A stretch of 64,000 nt of DNA from Psammoneis japonica (GCA_008632985.1 QPGO01000014.1:248001-312000), one strand, 5' to 3'. Counted from the stretch's first letter, positions 47,724-61,750 are shown. Numbers and translations are program-made. Notes: generated by a model not told the origin, from the sequence alone.

Positions 47724-50700
47724 ATGCATTCTTTGAAGCTCCTCTACCTTTTGGCGGGTGCGGCGTCTTTGTTGTCGCTCATACCATGCGCCAACGCCGG
47801 TTGGTCAACGGTCATGAGAAAAAAGACAAGGTGATGCTTGATCAGATCTACATGGGTCAACTTCAGTTGCCCGCGATTATTAAGTTTTTCGTGAAATATA
47901 AAAACCGACGGGGCCTGAACTTTGCCAAAAGACACGCACGAAACAGAACGTTCGAACAACACCTACGAAAGCAAAACGTCGTGGCCCTCTACCCAAAGAA
48001 CAAAAAGGCGTTGAAGAAATTGGTTAAAAGCGTTAACATTGACTACTTAGAGCCGGTGCATGCATTACCTTTCCAGCGAAACAATAACTCGGAAGTGGGG
48101 AGAGGAGGGAGGCATCTTGCAGAGTCGATTGCATACGGTGTGCAAATGGTTCAAGCAAATGAACTATGGAGTATTCCACCAGCAGCAAAGGTTACAATAT
48201 GTGTTGTCGAAAGCGGGTATGGACTAGGACACCCTGATTTGGCCGACTTGGGTAACAATGTGACTGGGACATCAACCGGAGCTGGATTCTGGTATGAGGA
48301 CCCGTACGCACATGGCTCGCATTGTTGGTGAGTGAACTTGATTGATGGCAGCTACAACAACAAAAACAACAAGCTTTGTCTTATTCCTTTTGTGTTTTTT
48401 CGTCGTTCTTGACAAAATGTGTCGCGGTTACTTTTTATCTATTTCATTATAAGTGGTATCATTGGTGCAATAGGCGATAACAACTTGGGCATTGCGGGTG
48501 TCATGAAGGATCCAAGCCGATTCAACTTACATATTGCAAAGTCACTGGATAGAAGAGGAGAAGGCAACGAGGCTGAGTTGACGGAAGCATTTGAAGGGTG
48601 CATCAAAGCCGGTGCCAGAGTCATAAGCATGAGTTTGGGTGTAGAAGATCACAGCGAAACGTTTCAGGCGATCCTAAAGGATGCCTACGATCATGGTGCT
48701 TTAATAATCTCATCTGCCGGAAACAGTGGAGACTCGGCCTACTCATATCCTGCGTCCTACCCATACGTCATGTCGGTAGCAGCCGTTGACAAGGACATGA
48801 ACGTGGCGGGGTTCTCGCAATTCAACAACCAAGTCGAAATCGCTGCTCCAGGTGTTGACATAGTCTCCACTGTAACGCTGAACAACGGGAGAGCTTTTGG
48901 ATATGACAGCTGGAGTGGTACCTCAATGGCAGCACCTTTTGTTTCGGGGGTTGCTGCGGTACTATTCTCACACTTTCCGGAATGCTCTTATCATCAAATA
49001 AGGGCTGTTCTCATTCGAACGGTATTAAACGAGGATCTCGTCGAGTGTAGTGACGAGGTTGGGTTTGGCGTTGTACAAGCCAAGGCGGCCTATGATTTGT
49101 TGAAGAAGAATGGATGCATTGCTGGAGATGTCTCTCCGAGGCCGCTATCTGACGGTGCGTATGGAGGATGTGATCAAGATCCAAACTACGTTCCACCGCC
49201 AACAGGCGCACCAACCACATTCGCCTGCGGAGACATTATATTTCGTCTCGAGCTCACAACGGACGAATGGGGAGAGGAAACTTCATGGACGGTGAAAAAC
49301 TCAAATGGCAATGTTGTTGGCTCAGGGAGTGGTTATCGCAGCTCTACCTCCTACACCGAAAATCTATGCCTTGCTCCCGATGTGTATACCTTCACTATCC
49401 GAGACTCGGGGGGTGACGGGATTTGTTGCACGTACGGCCAAGGGTCTTATTCTGTGTATTTTGATGGCACTCTGGTTCAATCAGGAGAAACATTCGAGGA
49501 ATCAGAAGTGGTTTCTATCGGTCAATCACTGAACTCAGTCCCCGTGGCATCTCCAGACGACATTTCGCATCCAATCTCTGTACCGAATGCCAGCTGCAAA
49601 GATGATGCAAACTGGGCGTACCGCAACAAAAGTGGGAAACAGAAAAAGTGTAATTACCTCGGGACCAATCCATCGGCAAGATGCAACTTGTTGGGACTTA
49701 ATCAGATGGGAGAAAAGAAGTATGGCTATGAGTCTTGTCCGCATTCGTGCGGTCTGTGTCCAAATGTGGAGAATGAGGAAGTATCAACCAAGAACAAGGT
49801 GATCTCAAACACTTTGACGCCTTCAACAGGCCAACCCTCAAGAACACCCTCATTCCAACCAACAGGTACCAAAACTTTAGCACCAACCCAATCACCCACT
49901 GAACCACCAACAGTTCAACCTTCAACAAAACCCACGCTGAATCCAAGTGTTACCCCAACTCCACCACCCACAGGGCCGCCGACCGCGCGGCCGACGGCTA
50001 CACCAACACTGAATCCAACGAGTTTACCAACCTCTTCCCCTTCTAGGCCACCAACAGTTTCGCCATCTTCTCAACCTACAATGCGTCCAACGACAACTCC
50101 CACCCGAGGTTCAACTTCCTCCCCCACTAATCGGCTGACATCAAGGCCGTCACCTGAACCCCCTGTTGGGATTTGCGAAACTGATCAGTGTGATTTGTGT
50201 GATGCTGCATGTACCACCGAGAGCGAGACTCCCTACCTCGGCGACACCGTTGATGGTAAAAGCTTTCTTTGTTGCAAGGGTAACTCAGCTTGCGCAGACG
50301 AAATCTTTCGGAGTTCGGACTTCCGATTTGACGCGAGTAGCTACGATTACTTGTGCTGTCAGGGCGTGAAGGCCTGTAGTCGATTATTGATCGAATTGCC
50401 AAGTACTAGTGCTTGCTGTAGGGGTGTTAGCGGCTGCTCGCAATCACGGTTTGAGAGAGATGACGATGCTCCACCCCAAATAAACATTGGACTGAGATGC
50501 GAGGGAAGACAAGCGTGTAAGAATGCCGACTTTGAAGGTGCTGGTCCTGTTGATTTGTGCTTCACCAATGAAGCTCAGACCTGTATTGAGCTTGGACGTG
50601 GGAATCAAGACCAGAAGTTGGATGAAGGCAAAAGTAGCCGCGATAGGATGGGCCCTGAAGATGGCAGTCGAGTGGAGTGTACGAAAGGCAAGCTAGGAAG

Positions 50701-51692
50701 ACAAGTCTGTATGAGAGCAAATTTTGCCAAAGCTGGTGGCTCGGCTGAAGTATGTTGTGAAGATGAATTTTGTGACAATCTTTGTAGAGAAGGTTGCGAA
50801 TGTATGGAATATACCAATCAATTCACGTCGAGGTGTAGCGGAGACGCTAATCGTGCGTTTATCTGTGGTGCTCTCCGTTGACTCTGTAAGCCCTGCGCCC
50901 TCTCACTGCTACCCACACTCCAGAACCCACCAAGTCATTGAGGCTTCCGCCTGCTCCAAAAGCTGGCTCGGGCAACAGAATATGTGATGCTGACATGTGT
51001 GATGTGTGTGATATCGCGTGTACCATTGAAAGCTCAGCCCCGTACATTGGTGAAACCGTGAACGGCAACAGAGTTTTATGCTGCTCCGGGGCTAAAGCCT
51101 GCGAGTCGGAAGACTTCAAGGACTCGGTCTTCCCGTTTGATACGAGCAGCTATGATTACCTCTGCTGTCGGGGCGATTCCGCATGCGCAGAATCTTATAT
51201 CGAGTTACCCACGACCGGGACGTGTTGCTCCGGGACGGATTCATGCTCGCATTCAAGATTTGCACGGGATGACAGTCACTTGTACCCTTCAGAGTACAAT
51301 CCTGGTATAAGGTGCGAGGGAACTCAAGCTTGTAAGATGACTGATTTTGAGGGCGCTGAATCTGTTGATGTGTGCTGCATTGGTGATGCTCGTACGTGCG
51401 AATCATTCGGCAAAGGGAATCCGGCGGATTCGTATCTCAGTCGAGGCAAGGAAGAAACAACTAGAATGGGTCCAGAAGATGGCAGTCGGGCGGAGTGCGC
51501 AATTGGCGATGATGGAGTTCAAGTTTGCAAAGAAGCTAATTTTGCTCTTGCGGTGGATCGGTTGAAGTATGTTGTGAAGATTCGCTGTGCGGCTCGCTCT
51601 GCAAGAGGGGTTGCATTTGCACGCCGTCCTCCAATCCAAGTTTCCCGTGCGACGGCGATTTCAGTTCCTACATTTGCGGCGCAGACCAATAA
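47724..51692 (+). CDS. Second subtilase paralogue (possibly pseudogene): intron 48328-48453, two Cys-rich modules, several frameshifts
   Basis: Signal peptide MHSLKLLYLLAGAASLL and collinear similarity to 31514-34549. Motifs read VVESG, HGSH, GTSMAAP. Shifts at ~47820 (A-run), ~50870-50910 and ~51550. Confidence 0.75.
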
Positions 51693-51976
51693 ACCGTTCC
51701 TTTCCGTGGGAACTTCCATTCCTTCTTCAACCGTTGCTCTCGCGATAAATAGAGACGATCCGAAGCATACTCTGTATTTCAATTTCCAGCTTTTGCACCG
51801 TGTAACCAACAGGCGATTGACAACTATGAGCGTTGCCTGTGACTGTCTTTTTTTTTCTGAAACGCCACCATAATGAATTCCTCTATTCGGCTCCTATGTT
51901 TCTTTACTTCATCACTCAGTGATTCAAGCTTTCGAGCAAGACCAACGTCCGCTCTTTTCCACCAATGGGATCATGG

Positions 51977-53178
51977 TTACAGTTCCGATGATGATTCAAC
52001 ATTCTCTAGTGACGACGACGAGTCCAACGCTTGATCATTCTCGGGTGCCAAGGATTGTTTGAACCAATTCCATAGGCCAGCATGGGGGTACTTGCGTCGT
52101 AATCTTCTAAATTTGGGGCCCAAATAAACTAAAAAGTTGGGCAATCCCTGCATGGGAGTCGAAATGGTCGCAAGCAACAACAGAGCAAAAGCCGGTGTCC
52201 CGCCATGTATGCTTTGTTGAATACGAACAATCTGTTGCGTTTTGCAGCTACGAGTGAGATTGAATGAAACGATCAGCAAATAAACCAACAAAGAGGAAGA
52301 ATAATACTCACGGTTAGAGCAATCCAATTGAAGTAAAAGGCCCCAGCATACATGAAACACCGCATCGCCACCTTTTTCGCATGACGATTCGATTCTTCAG
52401 ACAGCGCTCTTGGCACAGACGAAGAAACGTAAGGCGTTTTATTCTCCTGAAACTGATCCCTTGTCTCTATTTGCTCTTCGTCTTCTTCCCTTGTTGTTCT
52501 ATTTACGGATGATTTGAATCGGTATCGATTCGACGAACGCTCGACTCTCCACACATGCAGAAAGATTAGAATGACATTGATCGTGACAATAAGAATCATA
52601 CACCACAACGGCCCATAAAAAAAGACCCATCTAAAGATATCAGCATACCGACCCCGAGTGCATTCGCCATCTTTGCACCCAGAAGGGAGTGAAGCAATCC
52701 AGCACCACAGATTAGCATTGTTGTAGAGCGTCAAGGGCAAGCCCGCAATGGCTGTGGATAACCCCCAAAAGAGTGGAATACCGTGAAGATGCTTTTCCAT
52801 TCGCATTATTTTTGCTTCCTTCCATCCATGACAAATCACCACCAGATAGTAAATCGATAAACTGGCATTGTAAAAGGAACTTGCAATTCCGAATTGCGTG
52901 AAGAATCCCTGGGCACTGCACGTTCCAGTTGTTCCCGAGGCCCACAGCGTGGCTTCATTTTTGGGTATCGGCCACGTGGAAAGACCCAACCAAAAGGAAC
53001 TCGACATGTCCACAAGAGAAATTCCACAGAGCAATCGATGAAAGACTTTAGATCGCTTTCGCCCATCCCGAAGAACCGTAAACACAATGAGAGAACTGAA
53101 AATCAGTGACGCAAAACCCGTCACCTTGGGAACAATCGCCAGAGCTCGCTGCTGCGTCAGTGAGAAACTGCTGCTCAT
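51977..53178 (-). CDS. 7-TM GPCR-like protein (cAMP-receptor-like); exons 53178-52312, 52231-51977
   Basis: FHRLLCGISLVD, CSAQGFFTQFG, YNASLSIYY, LWCWIA and PMQGLPNFLVY motifs, with GT-AG intron 52311-52232. Confidence 0.85.
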
Positions 53179-53563
53179 ATCTCACAAACGGAAAAACACC
53201 AGCTGCCCATATCGTATGAAAGGCAATAAGCTCTATAGTTCATCAACGATAATAACCCACAACTTAACTCCGCCATCGGCTCATGGCTGGCGACACGAAT
53301 AACGAATAATTGCACAGTCATTCCGTTGGCGTGAATGAAAAGTGACTCGGGACTCGGAGAAACTTCTTGTATCGCACTTTGCTCGTGCTCAAATTTCCGT
53401 TGGCCGGTCGTGTCAAAATGTACGTCTCTTCATACTGATTCCTGCGTGGATGAGACACCACGTCATTCACCCGCCACCACAACTTTTTTCATCGTTTTTG
53501 GATTTTTTTGTTGACAAATTCCCACTCATTCTTGCGGCTTCACGGTATCTTTTGTCGTCAACC

Positions 53564-54298
53564 ATGGTGAACGGCTTCCAGAAACTCGCGCTGGTGGCAT
53601 CATTGGTCGTATCCCAATGCATGGCACAAGATGCCGTTCCATTTGATGATTCCGTTCCAAACTGTGTTGGAATCATGACTCCTGGATTCACTGGAGATAT
53701 TGTCGATCAACAGACATGTGCTCAAGCGTGCCAAGTCAACGGCGGTGTTGTCGGCTACTTTGATCGAGTGGACGGCCGCTTGACCAATGGCACCGATTTC
53801 GAGGCGTGGAGATGTGGTTGTGAAACAAGCAATATTACAGCGGTCTGCACCTCTATTGTCGTGGGTGGTGGAGACCCTCAGCCGCCTCCGACCGAGCCCT
53901 TTGATTGCTTTGTGGTGGGAGTGCTCAACACGGGACTGTGCGGTTTCTCCTGCGAAGTCGTTTATCCCTTTCGTTGGAAGGACGTGACGTACACGTCTGA
54001 TATTAATTCAGATGGATCGGTGTCGCGCAAATGCGACTGCAACTTGAACGATCCCGAAGAAACACAGACCTTTTGTGTAAGCACTACAGCAGCAACCGCG
54101 AGTCCCACCGAAAGCCCCACGCTTTCCATGGCGCCGAGTGTTTCCATGGCACCGACTCCTGGTTTGATTTTTAATTTCCCTACGGTGACACCCAATGGAC
54201 CCTTGGATTCCACCGATCCGCCTTCTGCTGCACCCTTGGTGACCGCCGCCGTTGCTGTCGTTGCAGCATGCATGACTGTTGCTGTTGGGTTCATGTAA
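53564..54298 (+). CDS. Cys-rich cell-surface protein, probable GPI anchor
   Basis: Signal peptide, two Cys-spaced modules, S/T/P stalk and hydrophobic C-terminus after PSAA. Confidence 0.75.
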   Translation: MVNGFQKLALVASLVVSQCMAQDAVPFDDSVPNCVGIMTPGFTGDIVDQQTCAQACQVNGGVVGYFDRVDGRLTNGTDFEAWRCGCETSNITAVCTSIVVGGGDPQPPPTEPFDCFVVGVLNTGLCGFSCEVVYPFRWKDVTYTSDINSDGSVSRKCDCNLNDPEETQTFCVSTTAATASPTESPTLSMAPSVSMAPTPGLIFNFPTVTPNGPLDSTDPPSAAPLVTAAVAVVAACMTVAVGFM

Positions 54299-55674
54299 AC
54301 AACAAAATGTGTCATTGAGTTGGTCGATGTGATTAAGGTAAAGACGCATATAGGAACGGGTTAAAGTTCAATTTTCAATGCCTAGTTAACACGAACGTGC
54401 AACTGATTCAATCCGACTCAAACGTCGTTGCGTAAACTTTCAGGTCCTCCAATCTCTTTAGCAGTAGTGTCCTCCAACGCAATCAATCTACTCTCTCGTG
54501 AACCTTGATCCTGAGCTGGCTGTCTAGCTCCTTATGAATACACCAATCGATGCCGCACAATGCCTTAGCTGCATGATGGCCAATTCGTCGATTGCCAAGT
54601 CAAAGCAAGAGTCTGTTCGGAACGCACTGTGGCTTTTTCTAAACAAGCATCTCTGCGGTCACCATCTCAATCTCGCAGTGTGCCTGTGCCAGTGCCAGCA
54701 CCAGGTTTCAGAGAAAGTGAAAATGCTCAGTGAGGCACAGCTCCTTCTGTGACCCATTTAAATCATCTGCTGGTCAGCATGCAAACTTTGCCTGCGAGCA
54801 AGATGCAGGCCACAGAGAAAGAAACCTCAGCTCTGGTTGCGGATGATGCCAGCAACAATTCTTTTTCTGAAGGCAAGTGCTGGCTCCCATGCCATGGTTC
54901 AGTGGTGGCAAATGGCGCCCATTTGCTGGAGCAATGTTGGGTTGGTCATGTGCTCACATTCCTTGAGAAACTCAATGAATGATGAATGATTGGAGATGGC
55001 TTCAAGCTCTCGAGGCAAACTCTGGCAAAAAGGCATGCTTGAGATCAAGTTCCAACTTCAGGGGGGCATCAAAGCATTGAAGCATGACTCTCGGGTTCTG
55101 ACCTGCTGCTTTGTCAGCACTGCATTGTCTTTGAGATGCCCTCATTTTCAGCAAACTGCAGCGCTTTGCTGTGTCACCAAAAACCAAATTCAGAGAGAGC
55201 AACAAAGAAGTTTCTGTCATCCTTCCCCCTTGCTGAGTGGGACGATGTGCACCTCAACTCAGATGGGCCATTTGCAGCTGGCAGCAGCACTCTGCTCCCT
55301 GAATCATTGAGGTTGTTGTCTTTTTCACATGACAGATTCTGAAGAAGATGGGCCAGCACCTTGCTTTCAACAACACCGTGCTTTGCAAGCCGAGCTTTCA
55401 AGACAACACAGCACCATCCAAAGCCCCACAAAACCAGCCATTCCTTGCATGTCAAGTTGCTCTTCCAGTGCACATCACTCTGTTGCTTTTGTGACAAGAT
55501 CCATGTTGTTGGTTTGTGGGTGTCTGCAGCTGCGTGCATTGCCAATGAGTTGCACAAGATGCTGGGGGCACAGCAGCCACAAAAGTGTTGCACAAGCAAA
55601 GCTCCATTTTCTGCACATGCTCCAGATTGCTCTTTTTCACATCTTTTGCAATGTGCAGCTGCCAATGAGAGTTG

Positions 55675-56100
55675 GTGCATCACGGCGACATGTTGCAGCC
55701 TTTAAATCTCACAAAGGGCGTGACAAAAATGACCTTTTGTCTGCATGCACACTGCATTGTGAATTCACAGCGGAGTGGTTCATCGCAACCATTGGGCAGG
55801 AGGCCAGGGGTTCGAAACCCTGAGTGGGAGTTGTCTGCAGCAACGTTGATCACTGTCGAACGCGCAAAACTCTGTGCAGTTCTGCACGTTCCTTCGTGCG
55901 TGCCCACACTGTTCCGCCAAAACCATGCAGTGTCAGCACACGTTAGCAAAGAGCCGTGTGGATGCGTGACACATGGGGAGGAGTGCAGTGCACAGCTGCT
56001 GACAAGAGCCAGTGCATCACGGCGACGTGTTGCAGCCTTTAAATGTCACAAAGGGCGTGACAAAAATGACCTTTTGTCTGCATGCACGCTGCACTTTGAA
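55675..56100 (+). repeat. Pair of ~89-bp direct repeats 337 bp apart
   Basis: gtgcatcacggcgac(a/g)tgttgcagcctttaaat...gaccttttgtctgcatgcac at 55675 and 56012. Confidence 0.9.
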
Positions 56101-59100
56101 GTGCTGAGCAGGCAGCATGAGCCCCTGGTTGTGAATGAACAAGCACAATTTCAGGAGCTCTGAGGGGCAACAATGATGGCAGCATCTGTGGCAGCAGCAG
56201 CCAGCCAAACTGCAAAGCCTCCACTGCAACAAGAAAAGAAGAGAGGGGCACATCCCAGGTGCTTCTGTCTGCAGTCTGGTCACTTTCAACACGCATGATG
56301 AGGGCGCCTTTTTTGTCTCACTTTGTCACAAAAACATGGCACTTTGAAGGTGTCTTTGTTTTGTGCTGCTGTTTGCACACTGTCACAGCTGCTCCAGCAG
56401 TGATGTTCTTGCAAGAGTGGCAATGAGAAGGAGGGGAGCATCGAGCATCTTGGTTGCCCCTTTTTGCAGGTTGTGCCCCTGGCAGCTTGGTTGAATTTCA
56501 GACTGTGGCCCAAATGTCAAAGAAGGCAGCAGCAGTGCACTGTGACTTTTGCACTGTTTTTGTGAGGACACTGCAAAAAAAAATGTGAGTGGGGGGTGGT
56601 TGGCTGGAAAAAGTCACAACTTTTTTTCAGCCCCTCTGCCCACCAGCTCTCCATGGCATCTGCTGACATTGTTGTCATCAAAAGAATCTGCTCCCTTTTT
56701 GACTCTGTTTCTTTTTGTTCAACCATCACTCGGACAGTGGCAGACATTGTTGCACTGGGAGTTGTTGCCAACATTGACTTGATTTCCATCAACTGCCAGC
56801 AGCACACATCAGGACCAATTCATCTGCTCAAACAATCCAAAGCTCCAGCGCTGCATTCTTTCTTGAAAGCACTCACCATGTGTTCTTGAGCTTTTCCACA
56901 GAGCTCCTGAAAGTGCTCAATTTCACACTGTGTTGGCTGGACTTGTTGAGGATCTGCACTGCTGTCGTTGATGTTGACCAACCCAGGTGCTCTGGATTCT
57001 TTGGTCTTTGGCAGCAAACAAGTTGTGCTGGCTTCTCCATCTTTTCTGAAACCTCTGCATTGGCTGCAAACCCTTGAGCAGCTGTTGTCTCTTTGGCTGT
57101 TGTCCTGGTCATTCTTTGGATGTTTTCAAGAGCCTCAGCACCCACTTGCACCCAAGAACTTGCACCTGATTTGCGCCAGCAACATTCTGAAGTCATCCAT
57201 TTCTTTCACATGTGAAGCCATGGATTTGAACTCTGCTGGTGCTTTTTCTTGGTGTCTGTTGCTGCTTGTTGCTTTCCATCTCTGTCATTTTCAAAAGTGT
57301 TGGTTTGAGCTCTGCCTGGGTGGAAAGAATTTCTGTGTTTTTTGCACAATTTCTGTTGTTGCAAATTGAAACAACTGACCCAGAGTTGTCCTCATTTTGG
57401 CATCACTGTCCTCCAATGCTTTTTGCTGCAAGTCTTTCTGTTGTTCCTCCCATCTTTGCCCTCCTGCACTCTCTTTGTTGTTGGCTGCTGAGCTGTCAAG
57501 AACCTGCAAGGCAAGAAGCCCAAGCAATGAGATCTCACACACTGGCAAATGGTCCAAACTGATGGTGGGGCCTGCGCAGATTCAGTCAGCAGACCACAGC
57601 AGGAAACTCAAATGTGCCCAGCAACCTGTGTCTCATTTCCTCTTTCTTGTCCAACTCACAGTGTTGCATTTTGTGTGTCATGGCTTGTGCTAAAGAAAAT
57701 GGCATGCACAAGTTCAAAGGGGGCAGTTGCTGTTTCTTGTGCTCCCCACAGGTGGCCACCTGTCATCAGATGTCTTGGGTCTTTCCCTGTAACCTGAGCC
57801 ATGCAACTCCAGTCCCTTCCATGCCCACCTTCTGCAAGGTGGCAGCTGGCACAACAGATGCTTGCTGTGGATGGATGAACAGAACAGCCCCACAGGCCAA
57901 TCGTGAAGGCCGCCACATCACCAACCAAATCAAGGCAATTGATGTGTGCCAACCACTGGCTTCAGATCCCTGCCAAGGCATGCATCTGCCATGCACACCA
58001 AGCTTCGCGCATTCCACAAGATCAAAGGCAAATCACTGCCAGCTCATGCAGTGGAGCTTGTGAGGAAACAACACTCGAAGGACATCCTGAGAACCACAAT
58101 GGGAGAAATGAGCTTTGATCATCTCCTTCCAAACTGCCTTTTCCTTTCATTGACAGCAGTGCTTGGCATTTCAAGAGGTCACTCAAGAGACAAGTGGTGG
58201 TGGCCAAAATGCAATTCAATGGTTTTGCCTTTGAGCAGAAGGGCAAAATTTGCAATGCAACAAGCGTTGCTGTGAGGCACTGAGACAATGTGTGACTTGG
58301 TCAGTTGTGTGCTGCTGCTGATGAAAGACCATGTGGCATTGCAGTTCAAGAGGTGAGCTGTGGCTTTCAGTCTAGACTCAGCTGGATGTGAACATTGACA
58401 GTTTGATCTCCTAAAAATTCTGTCCTTTGTGGCTTCACCAACCCGTCATTTGCTCCTTGGTTTTTTGCTGAGCCTGCAATGGATGCTGTGTCTTCATCAA
58501 ACAGACCCAAATCATTGTTGCAAATTGTTGCAGACCAGTTGCAAGCTGTCTTCTTTGCTTCCCCATCTTTGGGATGCATTCCTTCAGGGGCAACATGCCC
58601 GGAGTCTGACTTCAGTGCTGCCGCACACTGGACCAGGAGACAAAGACATGTGGACATTTTTCAGACATGAAATCATCCTTGACATGCTTCCACTGGTTGG
58701 CAAGCTCATCTTTCAGCATGAGTTTCCCCTTTTGTGGATCCAGGTGATTTGGTGGCACAACCAGTCTAGAGCCAAAGTTTCAATGTGGCCACAACCTTTT
58801 TTGCATTTCTTTCAAACTTGGATTGGACAAGGAGGCATGCCCAGAAGACACTGCAGCTCTGGCCCCACATCAAGCACATGACATTGGGGCCAGCACTGGT
58901 GTCAGAATGACAAAACAGCGGAACTTGGCCTTCAACTGTGCCATTTGTTGCTTCGTGCATCCAGTCAATGGCTTTCTTGCATGCCACATTTCCCTCCCCC
59001 CCCCCCCCCCCACACACACACACACACACACACATCCACAGAAATGACACCACAAGATGACTTTGTTGAAACACAAAATCACCAGAGCTGCTGTGAAAAG

Positions 59101-60249
59101 CTGTCCTTTGGTTGTTTTTTAAGGCAATTTTCCAGGCTCTTGCAACAGCCTTGCATCAAGACTGGTGGCAACACCCTCTCAAAAGCCTCCCCTGACCCCT
59201 GGCTTTCCTGTTTGAGTGGGCAGTCCTGAAGACAATTGGACAGACAGAAGTGATGGAGTCCCACATGGACAATGATGGGTTCATCCAGGACAGCCTCAAT
59301 GCATTGTCTGTTGCTGTCCTTCACCACCACAGCAGCAACAGCTTCTTTGATCAGCTTCTTTGAAGGTTCTCACCTGAGCACACCATGTGCCTTTTGCCAA
59401 CAGCAAAACAAAGCACTGCAGTTTCAAAATCCTTCCATGCTTCCTCATGGTCAACCAACATCATCAGCCAATCAACAGAGGCACAAGCAGAAGCAGAGCC
59501 CATGCTCCAACCAGCTCAATGCTTGGCTGTTGTGGAGTTGAGTGTCATCACAGCTGGGAAGTGATCCAAAGCTTCCAGTGTTCTCAGATTCCCAGTGGAA
59601 AAATCCCCCTGACACAAGTTCTGCACTCCCACGCTTTGGCAGCCAATTTGCACAAGTTTAAAAAAGGTGGCAGTTCACTGCTGTTGTCCCCAAAGCCAAC
59701 AAGCTACACGTGTTCCTTGACGTCCTGACAAAAGCACAGAAAAATCCAGGAACTTGTTCAGATGGTCTTCCTCATTGGCAGGTGTCAGCAACTCAAAACT
59801 GCTGAAGAAGCAGACCCATTTCTCCATGGCTGCAGGTTGTTTTGCCAATGCTCAATGCCCTTCATTCTCCAACTCATCAATGGAAAACCCTGTCCCCAAA
59901 AACATGAGGAAGTGCGGCTCAGAGTTGGAAATGAGTTCATTGTCTTTGTGGGCTGCCTTGGTCACTGCTGAGAAATTGGAGTGTGCTTGTTCTCTGTTTT
60001 TGCTCAAGAAGCAACCTGGTTTCTCCAGAAGATGCTGCAACTCATCAATGAAAACAGACCATTTCCCTTGGATTGCTTCCCGGGCATCCTCGGCTGTTGA
60101 TTCCATGATCAATCCTTCTTCTTCAACACAAGTCTGGAGCACATCCCAAAACAGATCCTTGCCCAAAACGTCCTCTGGAAAGAGCTGATGCAAGAGCCAT
60201 TCCTTTGAACTTTGAACCAAACCCATCCAATTTCTGCTCTAGAAGGTCA

Positions 60250-61750
60250 GTGCCGGATGTGCGGCAGAATGATGCACCTCCAGAATGCCATCCTGAGATT
60301 CACAACACTGTTGATGTCTCCCTCTGTTGTGATTGTTTGTGCCATGTTTCCCACTTTGCATGACATCCTCACAAGGTCTTGGGAACCAGGATTCCCAGCA
60401 AAGTTGCCCCCTGACAGGCAGCGGCATTGACTGCAATTGGCGCTCATGCTTCCAGTTGCAGAAAACCTGTGGAGGCACTTTGCACACAGAATCATGGCAG
60501 CTGCATTGTCAACTCCTGCAAGTTCAAAGTTCAGCCTCTGTGCTGCTCCAGGTGTTGAGCTTTTTAACTTTGACACAGCAGCCTGCACTGCTCCATCACC
60601 CATGGTCACAAGTGGTGCTCAAAGTCAGGATGTGCCGTGCTGTGACAATGATGTGTCCACACAACATTTGATTGCTTGGAGCTCTTTTTCACTCAGTGTG
60701 GCAACTTTGTTTTGCACTGGGTTCAAGCACTTGACACAACAGACTGACTTTCTCTGTGACAGTTGGGTGCACATCCACATGGCCTTGCTTGGACACAAAC
60801 AGCCCCTTGGCCACCCACATGTGAGACATCTCAGTTGGTGGTCTTGTGCCACCAGCGTCAAATGGGTTCTCTCCAGCTGGCATCATGGCAGCACCCACAC
60901 TCTTGATCTCTTCAGCAAACTTGTCAATCATCTTGTGAATGCAGTTGGCCATGTTGACCTTTGCCTGGCCCTTGTGAGTGAAGTCCAGGGTCATCCCAAG
61001 GTTTTTCATTGTGCTTCTTTTTTCATGTTGCAACAACTTTGCCATGGCTTGTCTGTGCATTTTGTCAAGCCAGCTCAGAACTTGTCATTTGCCTTTAGAT
61101 TGATGTGGCCTGACAGCAGATCATGCATCCACACAGAAGTGCAGAGTGTGCTGCTTGCTGTTGACCAATTGACTGGCAATGCATGGGCTGTGTGGGTCAA
61201 TTTTGAACCAAATTTTCTCCAAATCTTCACAAAATTGTTTGTGCCACAGAAGAGTTGTGACCAACATGCAGTGCATGGCGCTGATGACTTGGACACAGAG
61301 GACTCTCTTTCCCTTCATTGCCACACATGGTCCACACAGGTTGGGATCAATGCTTGCTGGCACATCAACCAACACTCCTGAGGTCTTTGTCATGATCCAG
61401 TCTTTGCTTTCCTTGGGTTCTGGGATCAAAGTCTGGATGAATGTGTTTGGCACATCAGTGCTCATCACATCACACTCTTCCATGGCATGAACAATGGCTG
61501 TCATCAGCACTCCTTCCAACAATGACGTTGGGCTGGCTGACTCATTCTTGTCCAGCCATTCTCTTGATTGTTTTCTGTTGTGAGCCATTTGCCCTTTTGT
61601 GCAACCATGTTGCTTCTCCACTGGGAACACCAAGGCAACCATGGCCTTGGCCCTCTCACTCAGAGTCATGTCTTTGACAAATGTGGGGGTGCAAAGCACA
61701 CTCTGTTGCAGAGTTGTTCAATCTCCTTTTCTGAGCCATTGTGCCCTTTC
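60250..61750 (-). mobile_element. Degenerate Ty1/Copia (CoDi-like) RT-RNase H
   Basis: SASPTSLLEGVLMTAIVHAMEECDVMSTDVPNTFIQT, LLWHKQFCEDLEKIWFKIDPHSPCIA, HTLHFCVD, and RNase H MTMGDGA...ELAGVDNA. Confidence 0.9.

Noticed and set aside
55675..56100. CRISPR array or LTR pair
   Set aside because: Only two 89-bp units, with no spacer series and no clear TG...CA termini, TSD or internal pol.
58991..59035. Poly-C/(CA)n tract and G-runs (37579, 41657)
   Set aside because: Simple repeats whose lengths are unreliable, with no function inferable.
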